From the NCBI GenBank assembly GCA_036172245.1, contig JAYWIR010000032.1, forward strand, positions 310,001 through 374,000: a stretch of DNA of 64,000 nt, in the 5' to 3' direction. Position numbers and translations under genes: made by a program. Position 1 is the stretch's first letter, and each line of letters opens with the position of its first letter. This document shows positions 39,822 to 51,412 of the stretch, in pieces. The notes under the pieces are model-generated. The model was not told the origin of the DNA and ran no database searches. It saw only the letters and a list, made by a program, of their open reading frames with translations. This DNA comes from Raillietiella orientalis (taxonomy: Eukaryota).

Positions 39822-40829
39822 TTTCCTACTCGGCACACAATTGTAGGCGTGTTGTTAAAATAGGTGAAGATCGTAATGATGTATGCTTTAAGTATAACGC
39901 AGAGAACACTTTAAGCGTTTTACGAATTCTCGTTATACGAACCCTCTAGGTTATAAATGGATATTATGACTGTATTTATAAAATATATAGGATGTATTTT
40001 CAACGTTATAGCAATAGAATATTTATCATTTCACCTTGAAACAAAAAGAAAAGAAAATTAAAAGGTTATGTTTATTACTGAACTTGAAATGAAAAAAAAG
40101 CGTTTAGAGTTTTGCTGATATGTAACCAATTTAAACAGTTCTATACCCTTAGCTCTACCATTCTCGTTGTTGAAAATGTATCTTTTGGTGCTATTTGACT
40201 CACAAATTCTTGGATGAAGCACAATTCAACCTACTTAAATCGTGTATTCGTTTTTTTGGAAACAGTTGCACTGACACTGTACCACAAAACGGAGATTTAT
40301 CCATAGCGTTAGACGACGACTGTCATTTGTCCGTCGTGTCCTATGAATCCGTGTTAATCCTCGTTAATCCGGTCTTCTGCATGACACGTACTCTAACTAC
40401 GCATACATGTATCTATCTATTTCAGATCCTATGTACGCGTACCACTGAATATGATATACGATGGGAAATAAGTTGAGATGCTTACGAAAATGTTTAGTGG
40501 TGATCGGATATTAGAAGGAAGGTATTTAAAATAGTCATAACTGAAAAAGGATGATGCTAAGTTTCTTAAAGACAATTAATTCTTTGTTCTTTTCCAAATG
40601 AGCCCCCTTGTTTTTGCTTTTACTGAGATGAATAAAACTGCAAGAAACTTAGGAAACTATGTTTATTTTATTAGCAGGATTCTCCGGTGTGTCTTCATAG
40701 CTAGACTTTGTTCTCAGTCTTTGTCCTGCTTCAGAGAGAAGTCGTGATAGAGATCCTGGAGGTGAGAAGCGACGAATCTACTAATTTGCATTCGATCTCA
40801 CTTGATAAAAAGAGTAGGCAACATCTAGA

Positions 40830-40860
40830 TCTTCATCTGCTATTGAATAGCAGATGAAGA
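40830..40860. repeat. Perfect palindrome, 15-bp arms, 1-nt spacer
   Basis: TCTTCATCTGCTATT-G-AATAGCAGATGAAGA. Confidence 0.95.
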
Positions 40861-43402
40861 GAAGCTGCAAACAAGAGAAGGTAAATGGCTGTTGACCTTA
40901 TAGAGTGTTCCCTCTTTGCGGTCACCGGAGTCACTTCCCTATTCGCGATAAAATGTGCGAACTCAGGTCTTTATTCTAAAAACAGGGAACGAAGCATCCT
41001 CCAAAACAAAGTGCACCCGATATGTGACAGCTTGTTGTTTCCAGTCAATCAAAAGGTAAAGGAACTAAAATACAGATTGGAAAAGCAAAACATTATTGTT
41101 TCAAATCAATCTAAATGAGTTTTCGCCAAATAATACAAGAAGAAGAAGAAGAACTACTACTATAACTACTACTATTAATGATAATAATAACGAGATGGGT
41201 GCTAAAGAACCTCCTGCAGTGAAATCATTCAGATTTCACTGCAGGAGGCTGGAAAGCCTGAGCAAAGTCGTCTGTACGATACAGAACGATTGCGGACGAG
41301 CGACCACGTTAGGAAAAAAATAGAGGAATTTGGGTTCTATGTATAATTCTGCTGGCCAGAAGAATTGCCAAAAATACCAGCAGAGCCCACAGCAGCGGTT
41401 GCCTCGTCAGTTTCCATTGAGAAAACCACACAGTTTGCTACAGAAGGAGCTACAGAGTTGAGAAGAATAGGCGACGGCTACAGAACTTTGAACCTCTGGT
41501 GCCAAAGGATTCTTTGGAAGCAGCTGAAGGTGGCTCTGAAACCACAGATGTTGCTTTTTAGACAATGAAGGTGGCATTGCAGAAATCGAAACTACGATGC
41601 TAAGATTGCAGCTTTCTCCCTGGTGACCCCCAGGGATGCAAGGCAGAAACTCCCGAGTTTCTCGAGGAACAGTGCCTTGAATTACTGGTTCAACTGACGC
41701 ATCCCTGCAACACTGAGGACTTTGGAAGAGGAAAACAATAAAAAAGATTCCTGCAGTGCTAAGTGAAGAGAGCAGGTGGAACTCTGAAAAGTGCTAAAAG
41801 CCTTCAGTCAATCAAAAGCGTTCTGAGTCGTCTTTAAGCAAGATTTTGCCCTACCCAACACCTCAATGCATATAATCCTCTTTTGCCATTCGCACTCTGT
41901 CGACTTCTAATTTCCATGTTGATTCCGAATGAATTTTTCAGAGCGTAGGCAAGAGATTCTTCTCAACCATTGCGCTGCTTCCGTTTCGATATCTTTTATA
42001 GTTCCAGTTTCCTATCATCAGAAACCCCTTTCGTTTTTTCGAAGATCATTCTCACTGCCCAGCTGGTCCATTCGCATAAAATTTCTTCCCCCCTTCGTCA
42101 TGAGCTGCGAAACATTTCTAAGTGAAAACCGAGTTGCTGACTCCTATCGATCGGACGTCCGTGACTTCACTGCAGTGAGCCAAACGGATCTTCCTTAGAG
42201 AAGTGGAGCGAACTCATGTCGAATGCTTGAGAGTCCTGGATTCTAGTCGTGCTACCAGGTTTTTTGCAAAAGAGGGCCTCAAAGCAATGGAAAACGTTCT
42301 GTGTAAGGGGAACAGGTTGCGAAATTTCTTCTTCAAAGATGTTCAGTTGGGGAAAGACAGCAAAGCATTGGTAAAGCTAAGGGAAGCAGATGATCGCTCA
42401 TCAACAGCAGCAAAGACTTGATTGATTGTCTTTGCTGGTGTTGATGGAGACCAACTATTACATATGTCAGTGGGCTAAACCAAACAGTGGCCCCCATAAC
42501 ACGCGATACCACCCAGTATTCTTTAAATAGTCAGACGGCACCAGTCGTTCCCCTTAATTAGCAAGCTATCGTGGTGCCCCCTAATTCACGATAGATTCAA
42601 GGTTGGGTTGAGGACAATTCTTCTGCCTTTGAAAACACTGCTGACAATGCGATTTGATCAGGCTAGTTCTTTTCTGACACATTCGCCAGCACCCACTGAA
42701 TTATCCGAATACCCTCGTGTCGTTTCATCTGGAGCACTTCTCATTTCATTTCAGGACACGAGGGGAAACTCGTAGCCTGCGACGCATGCTGTCTTTCGTC
42801 CTCGAACGGATCAGGTTTCCTGGATTTGAAAATGAATTGGACATCGGGAGGCGTTTCTGATTCAGAAGCCCCCAATTAGTGCGCACTGCTTTCGAAACGA
42901 GGCGAAGAAACACTTATTGATCTTTAAATGACACGCCAGGAATGCGCTGTTTGGTGACCCGAAGAGCTGGGCACAGGCTCCTGTTGTTTCCGCTGCGAGC
43001 GGGACCGCATCATCAAGCAGTTTTGATATCGCAGACTTGGAAAACAGGAACCAGGAACTTTTACACCGCTGTGCGACATGTAACTGAAAGCTACTTTACG
43101 TTTCCATGAGCTTCTAAGGCCTAAAAATCGAACCGCCAGCTGCCTCTTGGATGAAGCAATGACTACTGTAAATAATTAATGCTTGTGCATGGGTCATGAG
43201 AAGAGTTGGATCTCTCAGACTCAAAGAAGAAAAAATAAATAGGATGCATTGTCACACGTGAGCAAAAAATAAATAAATAAATGTCCCTATGAGCTGCAAA
43301 TGAAACGCTACTTTCTCTTCGTTGTTCCAGAACGCTTAGCAGCGCTATTCCGGTTCCTAGGGCGTGGTGGGCGCGACCAAGTTGATTGCCTGCTTTCCGC
43401 CC

Positions 43403-43790
43403 GGCGTCTTTGATCGCCGTGATTCCAGACTTCCCGGCACGCGAGACGACCTTGCCGGTCACCTGTTTGACAAATCAGCAAACCAGTGACCGAGATTCGG
43501 AGGTTGTGTTTCCGGCAACAGACTATTCCGTGAGCAGACTCCAAACTACGGCCGGACAAAAGGAAGGTAGTCGTGCAGTGGTTTCAGTATTTGGCAGCGA
43601 TGCCAAAGGAGGTTCCCGGAATAGGTCGATCGGCGGCCGTCACCTCGAAATCGCGGGCCGATCCCGAGATTGTGGTGTGACAGACGGCCGCCACACCACA
43701 CTCTCGGGTCACTGGTTTGCTGATTTGTAAAACAGATGACCAACAAGGTCGTAGCGTGCTGGAATTCTGGAATTACGGCGAAGGGATGGC
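43403..43790. repeat. Foldback/MITE-like inverted repeat (arms ~43403-43497 and ~43701-43790)
   Basis: TCGCCGTRATTCCAGAnTTCCnGCACGC..ACGACCTTGYYGGTCAYCTGTTTKACAAATCAGCAAACCAGTGACC on both strands; the opposite-strand ORFs share AVIP..TTL.V.C.TNQQTSD. Confidence 0.85.
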
Positions 43791-44789
43791 ATGTTGGGAC
43801 ACTCAGTGCTTCCGAGATGCATGCTGGAAACACCGGATAGGTCGCCGCCCGTAATGGGAGCACTCGATAGACTCGCAGGACGAGTAGAAGACAAGAGACA
43901 GCAGGCAGTATGCCAGAATCGCGAATCAGCAAGCCCGCTTGGGAAATTACTGGTCAGTTTCCTCCTGTATTTTCTTCGATTATTTCCAGTGGACTCTCCG
44001 TGTTGGTCCCGGTTATCTCTCGCCATCATTTTAAGCCAGAGGAGTTCAGCTGAACACCATGAATTGAGCAAATAAAGAGAAATTGATATCCCTTGATTTT
44101 TTTTTTTCCGACAGCATTTCCTAGGGTGGACCCTCTGGCCATTAGTATAATGACTACATCTGAGGGTTGTCCTTTTCTCCCTCGTCTTTTCCTCCCAACA
44201 GCAACCAGGATGGAAGGCTGGTTTCGCGACCACATGTTGGCGACACCGAAAGAAAAACACGATGGATAAATGTCACACTGGGGAATTCATAATAAGCCTC
44301 TCTTCCTTCTCATATTCCAAGAGTGCCTAATTGCAATGGTTTAGGGAACAGCCTACAGTTTTGTCTTTCTCAGGGTTCTGTCCTTACCAATTTATTCTCA
44401 AGAGCGGCTGCTTGGAAGAGGAAAAACCGCTTACACCCTTTCCGATAAAGTAGCAACTTTCGATGAAGGGCATAAATTTTCGCTAATTCGATCGTACCCC
44501 ATTCTGCCCCTACCGACACTTGTGACGAAAATGACGTGTACGGAGACACTCTTGCAGAACTTGGGGCCATTCTAATCTAGCGTAGCCAAGTAGCGTTCTT
44601 TTCTGCGGACTGTAGGTCCCGAGTTTCTCCATGGCTAACACCGGGAAATGACTCGGTTCCTCGGAAAAACAGAAGTATCAGAATTCCCTCGTTACTCGAC
44701 GTCCTCCTTCCACGTGCTGCAGCGAAACCTCCCTTTATCACGCCAGGATCCTGCAACTGGTTACGCGGATCCCGTTTTCACACGAGCGT

Positions 44790-45570
44790 TCTAACCGCGT
44801 TCTTGCAGTTGGCTCGCTCTCGTTCGGCACGCGTCCCGCAGAAATTCATTCCGGAAATGTGTCAAAAGACTTTTTATTCCACCGGGGTGCCTCGGAGCAC
44901 GGCTGCTTGGAGAAAGCAGGATGTGTCGGGTTCCACCGCACGTGTTGGCACAAGGTCCTTTTTTTGGCAACGATCCTTCGGTGCATCGCTATAGATCGCG
45001 TTTCCCGAAGGAGCAAGGCAATGGCTGCTGTTCCTGTCTGTGCTATGAGAAATTCACGATCCTTTAGGGTCCGGTGCAACTAGGCAAACCGAGGGCCTGG
45101 ATTTGACTGAGAACTGCTTCACCGTTGCCCGTTGTGGTTTTCCGTGGAATGAGAAGTTGTTCTAAACCGTTCCGCACATTCGCAGCAAGAACCATGGTTT
45201 CTGAGACTCTCAACGTAGACACCGCTCCCAGATCATCTGCACAAGTGCGTCATCATTTCGACATTTGGGGACATTTGTTGAGGGACCAGGGAAACTGGCA
45301 ATTTTGATGGGGACTTCGTTGCGGGGACGAGGACTTTTTTCTCCCACGATTTCCGTCATCTGGTCATTTCGGTCGGAAGAACGGTGCTGCATTTGAGGGA
45401 TGCCACAGCGAGCATCCTGGCCGGTCACCCAGAACGAGCTGGTACCCCCTTGCTCTGCTACCATAGGTGAGAGGACAGAGATCACAGGCCGCCTGTTTCT
45501 TCCTCGGTCGATTCCTCTGATTGGGCCGGTCCAGATGGCGGAGTTCTGCCGGTGGCGGAAGCGAAGAGCC
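44790..45570 (+). pseudogene. Possible decayed class A (rhodopsin-like) GPCR
   Basis: A single frame gives SNRVLAV (TM1-like), GNVSKDFLF (TM2-like) and CWHKVLFLATILRCIAIDR (TM3 DRY-like); SIPLIGPVQMAEFCR further on is TM7/helix-8-like. Confidence 0.3.
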
Positions 45571-48279
45571 CACCCCGCGAGAGCGACCGAGAGAAGGGTG
45601 CTTCGTACGAGACACTCCCTCCCCCCTTAAGGCGCTGCTCCGGAGGCGAGTATGTAAGAGGGATTTGTCTTCTCGCCTGGTCCAGAGTACGGGTCCATCC
45701 GAAGAGAGAAGATCGAGACGCCGCGAAGTGACTGCCGAGGCGATTGACTTAACACCAGGCGACGTTACTTTCAGTAGCTCTGTTCCCTACGTTCGAGATC
45801 TTGGAGAGGATCCAAAAAGGGTGGATGTTGTGACATGAGGTGCGGAAGACACCATTTTTTACTGCGTCAGCGTGCAATAATCCCTCAGGCGAAGCAACGA
45901 TGATCTCCAGTAATGATTTCTCCCCCCCTGCGTCGGAAAGGGGAGCAGCCTGCAGAAAAGTTCGAAACAAAAACCCGAAGACGCCAACTCGGTTTCCGGA
46001 GCGCGAATGGGGTCTCCTTAGCGAAACCTGGGAGGGCGGGAAGACAGGCAGGAAGAACCACTGCGGTGGACAGACACGCCGGGATCCGAACCGCTGAAAA
46101 TCCGCTAAGGACAGCGTGAAGGATGAGTTTCGCGGACGTGAGAAAACTCCTCCCTCCGAGGGAACCTCATTCCCGGTCCTTTTTCCAGGATGCTGAAATC
46201 TGGTGCATCATTCACCGCTGCCCTCGCTTTCCAGAGTCGTTCGGAAGAGAAACTGGATGACGCGATGTGGCGTCGCTAATGAGCTCCCGCAGCGAAATCC
46301 TGAAACCCTAAAGGTTCCCGGTCCCTCGAAGAGTTGCGGCGCGCATTCGAAGAACACTCGTGACGTCGCAAAGTTTTCCTGCGAAGAGGATGCCCGCGGC
46401 GTTTTTTCCCCCGCTTCTCCGACGGGCACCCGCCTGGTCGTTCCACCACGTGCGGGGTGCCATTCCCGCCAACGCGAGCCCCGAAGAGGAGGGGGAGGTT
46501 GCAGATTTCAGATCGAGTTCCTGGATCGGAAATGACGTAGGCATACAAATGAAGTTTCCTCGTCGTTTTGTCGCCAGGAGAAACCGGAAGCACCGTCCAA
46601 CCCTTGGCGATTTCAGATATCCTCCTACGGAGTCCCACTTCCTATCCGAGCTCGCTTCATACGGCTGCACACGGATGGCGGCATAGAAAAAGGGAGGTTG
46701 AGAAGGGGAAGAGGGGACGGGAGGGAGAAGGGAGGAGGAAACGCAGAAACAAAGCGAAACGGGAAGTTCACGCGCAGATAACATCTTGGCATACGCGACA
46801 GGGCTGCCAGGGCTGCACGGTTCAAGAATCTGTTATCAGCGCTGTCACCCGGGATGGGAGGGGACGGTGGCTCGAACCGGCCTCGTTGGTAAGCGATCCT
46901 TGAGAAGCAGCGGATGGTGGATTAGCGGTGTTTCCAGCTCGTTTTCCTGCCTCTCGAAAAGGGGAACCGCGAGAAATGGAGGTCAGTGACACGTGACACA
47001 CACAGAGAGAAACAGCAGCCCAAACGGAATGGAAAGAGGAGACTCCTACCGAGATTCCAAATCATCATCATTCTCATTTGCTGACAAAAAAAAAGACTGG
47101 CGCCGCAGGAGCCCGAATGTCGGGGCGCATCTTCATCGGAGTCTGCATCGCCGTAACAACCCATCAGTAGTGTCGCGACGTAGCATTGAAAGGCTCCGAA
47201 AAAAAAAAAAAAAAGGCGGAGGAAAGGGAGGGGGGGGGGATCATCGTTCTTGTCTCTGAGCACGTGACCTGGCGATCTCCTCCGAGAGGATTAGCAGATC
47301 CAACTTTAGGGAGGTCTGGAAGCCTAAGGAGGTGCGGCGTCGCGCTAGGCAAAGGACGCGAGGTCAGATGCTTGGAGGAACAGCCGGTGGGAAGCTTCTC
47401 TTGAGACAGATGGAGGTCGAAGGATCGCGGGACGACCTGAAGAGGAACCCGAACGGTAGCAGCCGGTTCCGATGGAGTCAGCTGGCGTTTTCGGATTTCC
47501 GGCGTTGGCGCCAAGAGCGATGACGGCCCGACCTCGCACCGCAGCTGCCAGACCGACCAGGTCGAGCCCTACGGGACGAGTCCCCCCCCTGTGCTGCCGT
47601 GCGCGGTGAAAACAGCGCGATCCTTCGGGCGCCGTGAGAATTGGAGATGACGGAGGCTGCGAGGCATCACTTCATCACGGGTTATAAATAACCCCTGCGT
47701 CGGTTCCCGAAAGCAAGGTTTCCTCCTGGGATGGGGAGGAAAAGAACAACTGCCTCGCGCCACTCGCTGGCTCCCGAAGAAAAAAAGAGCGGGAGCTGCT
47801 CCAATGGCTGGCGCAGGCGGTGGAAGAGTGCTTCTTCGGAGGTCAGCGGGAGCGAAGGAGGCGGCGGCGCCCGTGAGAGGGAAACGGCCGCTCCCCGGCA
47901 CCCAGGATGAACTCCCCCCTACCACCACCACCACTACGTCGGAGAGGTTCCCCGCGACTCGTGCGATCCACCGGCCGAAGAAGCTGCTCCGTAAGAAACG
48001 CCTTGCCGCAGGACGTGCGAAGACGGGAGAGCGGTAGGTTGCAGCAGCGTGGCGAGAGTGCCGTCCTCGAGGTTCCTGGGCCGGCTGGCACCGAAAGACG
48101 CAGCGGCTGCGGTTGCCACGGCAGTAGCGGCAGGGCGCCAGAAGGGGGTGGAGGGTTGGGTATATCGCCGCGGCACGAATCGGGCAACCGCTGAGGTTAA
48201 ACGGACCGCGAAGGCGATGGCGCACAAACGGTTGGGGTAGCGCCTCTCGCGGAAGGCGGTGGGACGGGGGCGGCAGCTG

Positions 48280-48700
48280 GGGGCATCAGCAAGTACAAGT
48301 CGCAGCAGCAGCACCACCGCCATGGTGTCGGGAATACAGCGGTAACCACGGCGTCAGGAAGAAAGGGAGCGACAGCGCACGTGCTCAGCGGCGAAGCCGT
48401 AGCCACGGTAGCCGTTAACAGCAAGCAACGATGACGACAGCAGTCCTATACAGGAGCGTGGCAACTGTAGTTGCAGCACTAGTGGTGGCTGGTTACAGTT
48501 CACAGGGACAACGACAGAAGCGTCATTAGCATCCAGAGCAGTAATAGCAGTAGTAGTCGCACTGGCAATGAACAAAGATGGTGGTTCCCGTAGTAACAAC
48601 TGTGATGAGTATAGCAGAATACGGCTATTAATAATTATAATGATTGCAACAGCAACAGTGGCTGGTAACTATGGCTGCAGCAAGCTGCTGAGCCTGAAGA
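48280..48700. repeat. Low-complexity trinucleotide-derived tract
   Basis: Degenerate CAG/TAG/CAA/TAA runs, lower GC than the flanks. Confidence 0.55.
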
Positions 48701-50201
48701 GGAGGGGAAGCCAACAGCACGCCGCTTGCCCACGCTCCCGGGTTCGCCGCCGCCGCCACCTCGTTTCCATGGTTACGAGGGGAGAGCGAGGGGGCTCCTG
48801 CCGCTTCCGCCCTTTGCCTCCACCACGTAGCTCGCTTGCAGGCAGAGCTACCCTTTCCTTTCAGCACGGCGGCCAGCCGGCTCGGTGGCTCCTGCTGGCT
48901 CGGGGATGGGCTTGCTGCGGGGCGAGGGCGCGGCCGGACGCCGCCGGAACGTCAGTCTCCGTGCCCGCTCGCCCGCCCGCCCGCGCTTGCGTTCCATCAC
49001 TTCGCGCGCGATTCACCAGCCGCTCGGATCGCAGACGCTGCTCTTCCGGCTCCGAGGGGAGTTGCCTTTCGTCTTCCCAGCGGCTCCGGGAACGCAGCTG
49101 GAGGGTGCCGGCGCGAGCTGAAAGATGGGAGGAGGAGCGGTTTAGCTGGAAGGCGGAAGAGGTCGCTCGCGGCGCGCGCTGCCACCGCCTCCTTGCTTCC
49201 TCGCACCGCCGGGAGCGCGTCCTTTCGGACGCGCGCAAGAGGAGTCTCCGCGAGCGACGGCCTGTCTCCCCTCCTGGTCGCACGCGCGCTCGAGGCGAGC
49301 TTTTGCCCGGCGAACTTCCGCGCGTCGGGTGGCGCTGAGACTCTCCAATCACGCTCTCCGACGGGAGGGACGAACGCCACCGAGCGCTTCGCTCCCGTCG
49401 CCGATCGATGCGCTGGAAGCGAGAAAAGGGAAGCGAACTTCCGGGAACAACATGGGAACGCCGGGAGGAGAAAAGCGGACAAGAGAGGGAGGGAAAAGAA
49501 AAGCGGGTTTTTCCTCCAGCATCCCGGCGGGGTGGAAGAATTCCCGAGATCTATCTAGAGAAAAGCTCCGGCTTCCCATGCCGCTTCTGGCATGGGGAAC
49601 GGGAACCCGAGATCCGCAAAGGGCACTTCGGAGGCAGACAGATGAGCTGGGGGCAGCCGAGCAAACGGTCTCACCCGGTACGATGCCGAAGGACGTCGCC
49701 AGAAAGAAGTGAGCGGACGCGTCCGGGTCGCGCCGAAAGGCGTCTCCAGGAGCAACGAAAGCACCCGGGAAAGGTGGCAGGGAGAGTTCCCTTGCGAATC
49801 TGGCTCTCCGGGAGTCGATCTCTCCACGCGACCGGAGGCGCTTGCGAGGGCGATGCTGGACGCCAGGCGAAGCGCGTCGAAGGCCCACATCCTCCGCCGT
49901 GGCACTGCGATGGGATAGCCGGGCGGGCTGCATCCGGCACCACCAGGCGGGGAAGCGGGGACTCTACCCGGCGGGAGGGAAGGGAAGGTCTGCGGGAAGC
50001 CAGCGGAGGGACCTCGAGGAGGGGAAGGCGTTCCCTAGAGACCCTGCCGGCCATCGCTGCTTGCGGAGGCTGCCCCAGCCAGACTCCGGCCGGTCCCGCT
50101 CCCGCCTTACCTAGACGTCGGCCGATCCCGTGGGGTGGCTGGAGACCGCTGTCTCCTCCTTCCCGGAGCGGTGCCCGCCTCGGGCCCTGGGTCGCCGCGG
50201 G

Positions 50202-51412
50202 TCACCGCGCCGTCCATGCCTCCTGCCCGGAGGGATCTCCTGGGACGAACTCGTAAGCGGAAGAGTCGCTGTCCGTGTCACTAACCGCTGCGCGGCGGGG
50301 CCGCGGACCGGGCAGGGACAACCGGGAGAGGTCCTGAGCGGGGGGTCCGAAGCTGCTCGAGGGGGCCGTGCGCAGGGAGCAGACGTGGGAGCGGGAGGGC
50401 CGGAAAGACGGCCTGGGGGCTTCTTGCCGCGGAATGGGTGGCGAAGGGGCGGCGGCGGGCGCTCCCAGTGGCGCCGTGGACGACGACGACGAAGGCGAGG
50501 AGCAGCAGCCACAGCAGCAGCAGCAGCAGTCCTCGGAAGGGAAGGAGGCAGCAGGGGCGTGGGGCTCTCCCGGGAGAGAAGTGGGTGGGGAACAGTCGGG
50601 GAGCAATCTGGGGCCTCCGCTGACGCAGGCGACCAGCTGCTGCTGCTGCTGCTGCTGGCACGAGGGCGCGAAGAGGGTCGTTGTGGCGTAGGGTCCGGGG
50701 AAGAAGGGGCGGCTCCTGGGCAAGAGGGAGGACGGGGTGGGAGGGGCGACCTTGGCGTACTCCGGGGCGGCCTTGAGAAACGCCGCGCGGTCGTCTTCGT
50801 CTCCGGGGAGGCGGCGCTGGGCGGCCACCCAGTAAGAGGTCTTCTCCTGACCCCAGGCGCTTCCCAAGTCCAGGCCGGGGCACAGAGAGAGTCTGGGGGC
50901 CCGGCCCCGGACCCCGCCGGCTCCCGCAGAGAGAGGTGCCTCCTTCTCGCGGGCGCGTCGGCGCCGCCGTCGGCGCCGCCTCCGGCAGGCAGCGAAGGCC
51001 ACGAACCCCAGCACGAGGACGAAGGCGAGGGCGCCGGCGACGCCCACCAGGAGACGCCGGTCAAGGGCGCTGTTCCCGCCCTCCGCCCGAGACAACGAGG
51101 GGAGGAACCCGTCGGCGCCAGCGTCGGCACGGAAGGCGACGGGCTTGGAAGGCGGCCCGAACCCGCTGCGAGTGGCGGCGCCGACGGTGGCGGAGTATTG
51201 CCGTCCGGGTGCCAAGTCGGCGAAGGTGACTGATCGCGCGGAGGAGTCCACGGTGATGTTGGCGTGGATCTCCCCCGAGGCGTTCCGCAGGACCACCCGG
51301 TAGGCGCTGATGCGGCCGTTCCTGCGGCGTGCGGGCGGTGGTGACCACCGCAGAGTCACGTGCGTGCGGTTGTGGACGGTCGCGTGCACGTCCTCGGGTG
51401 CCGCCGAGGGAG
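50202..51412 (-). CDS. robo: Robo exon 8, FN3-3, TM and cytoplasmic tail
   Basis: Acceptor TTCTTCCCGCAG|; APSAAPEDV...WSPPP...NGRISAY...VGAATRSGFGPPS; TM LLVGVAGALAFVLVLGFVAFAAC followed by ten Arg; PEYAKV; GPYATT. The distal tail frame is less certain. Confidence 0.8.
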
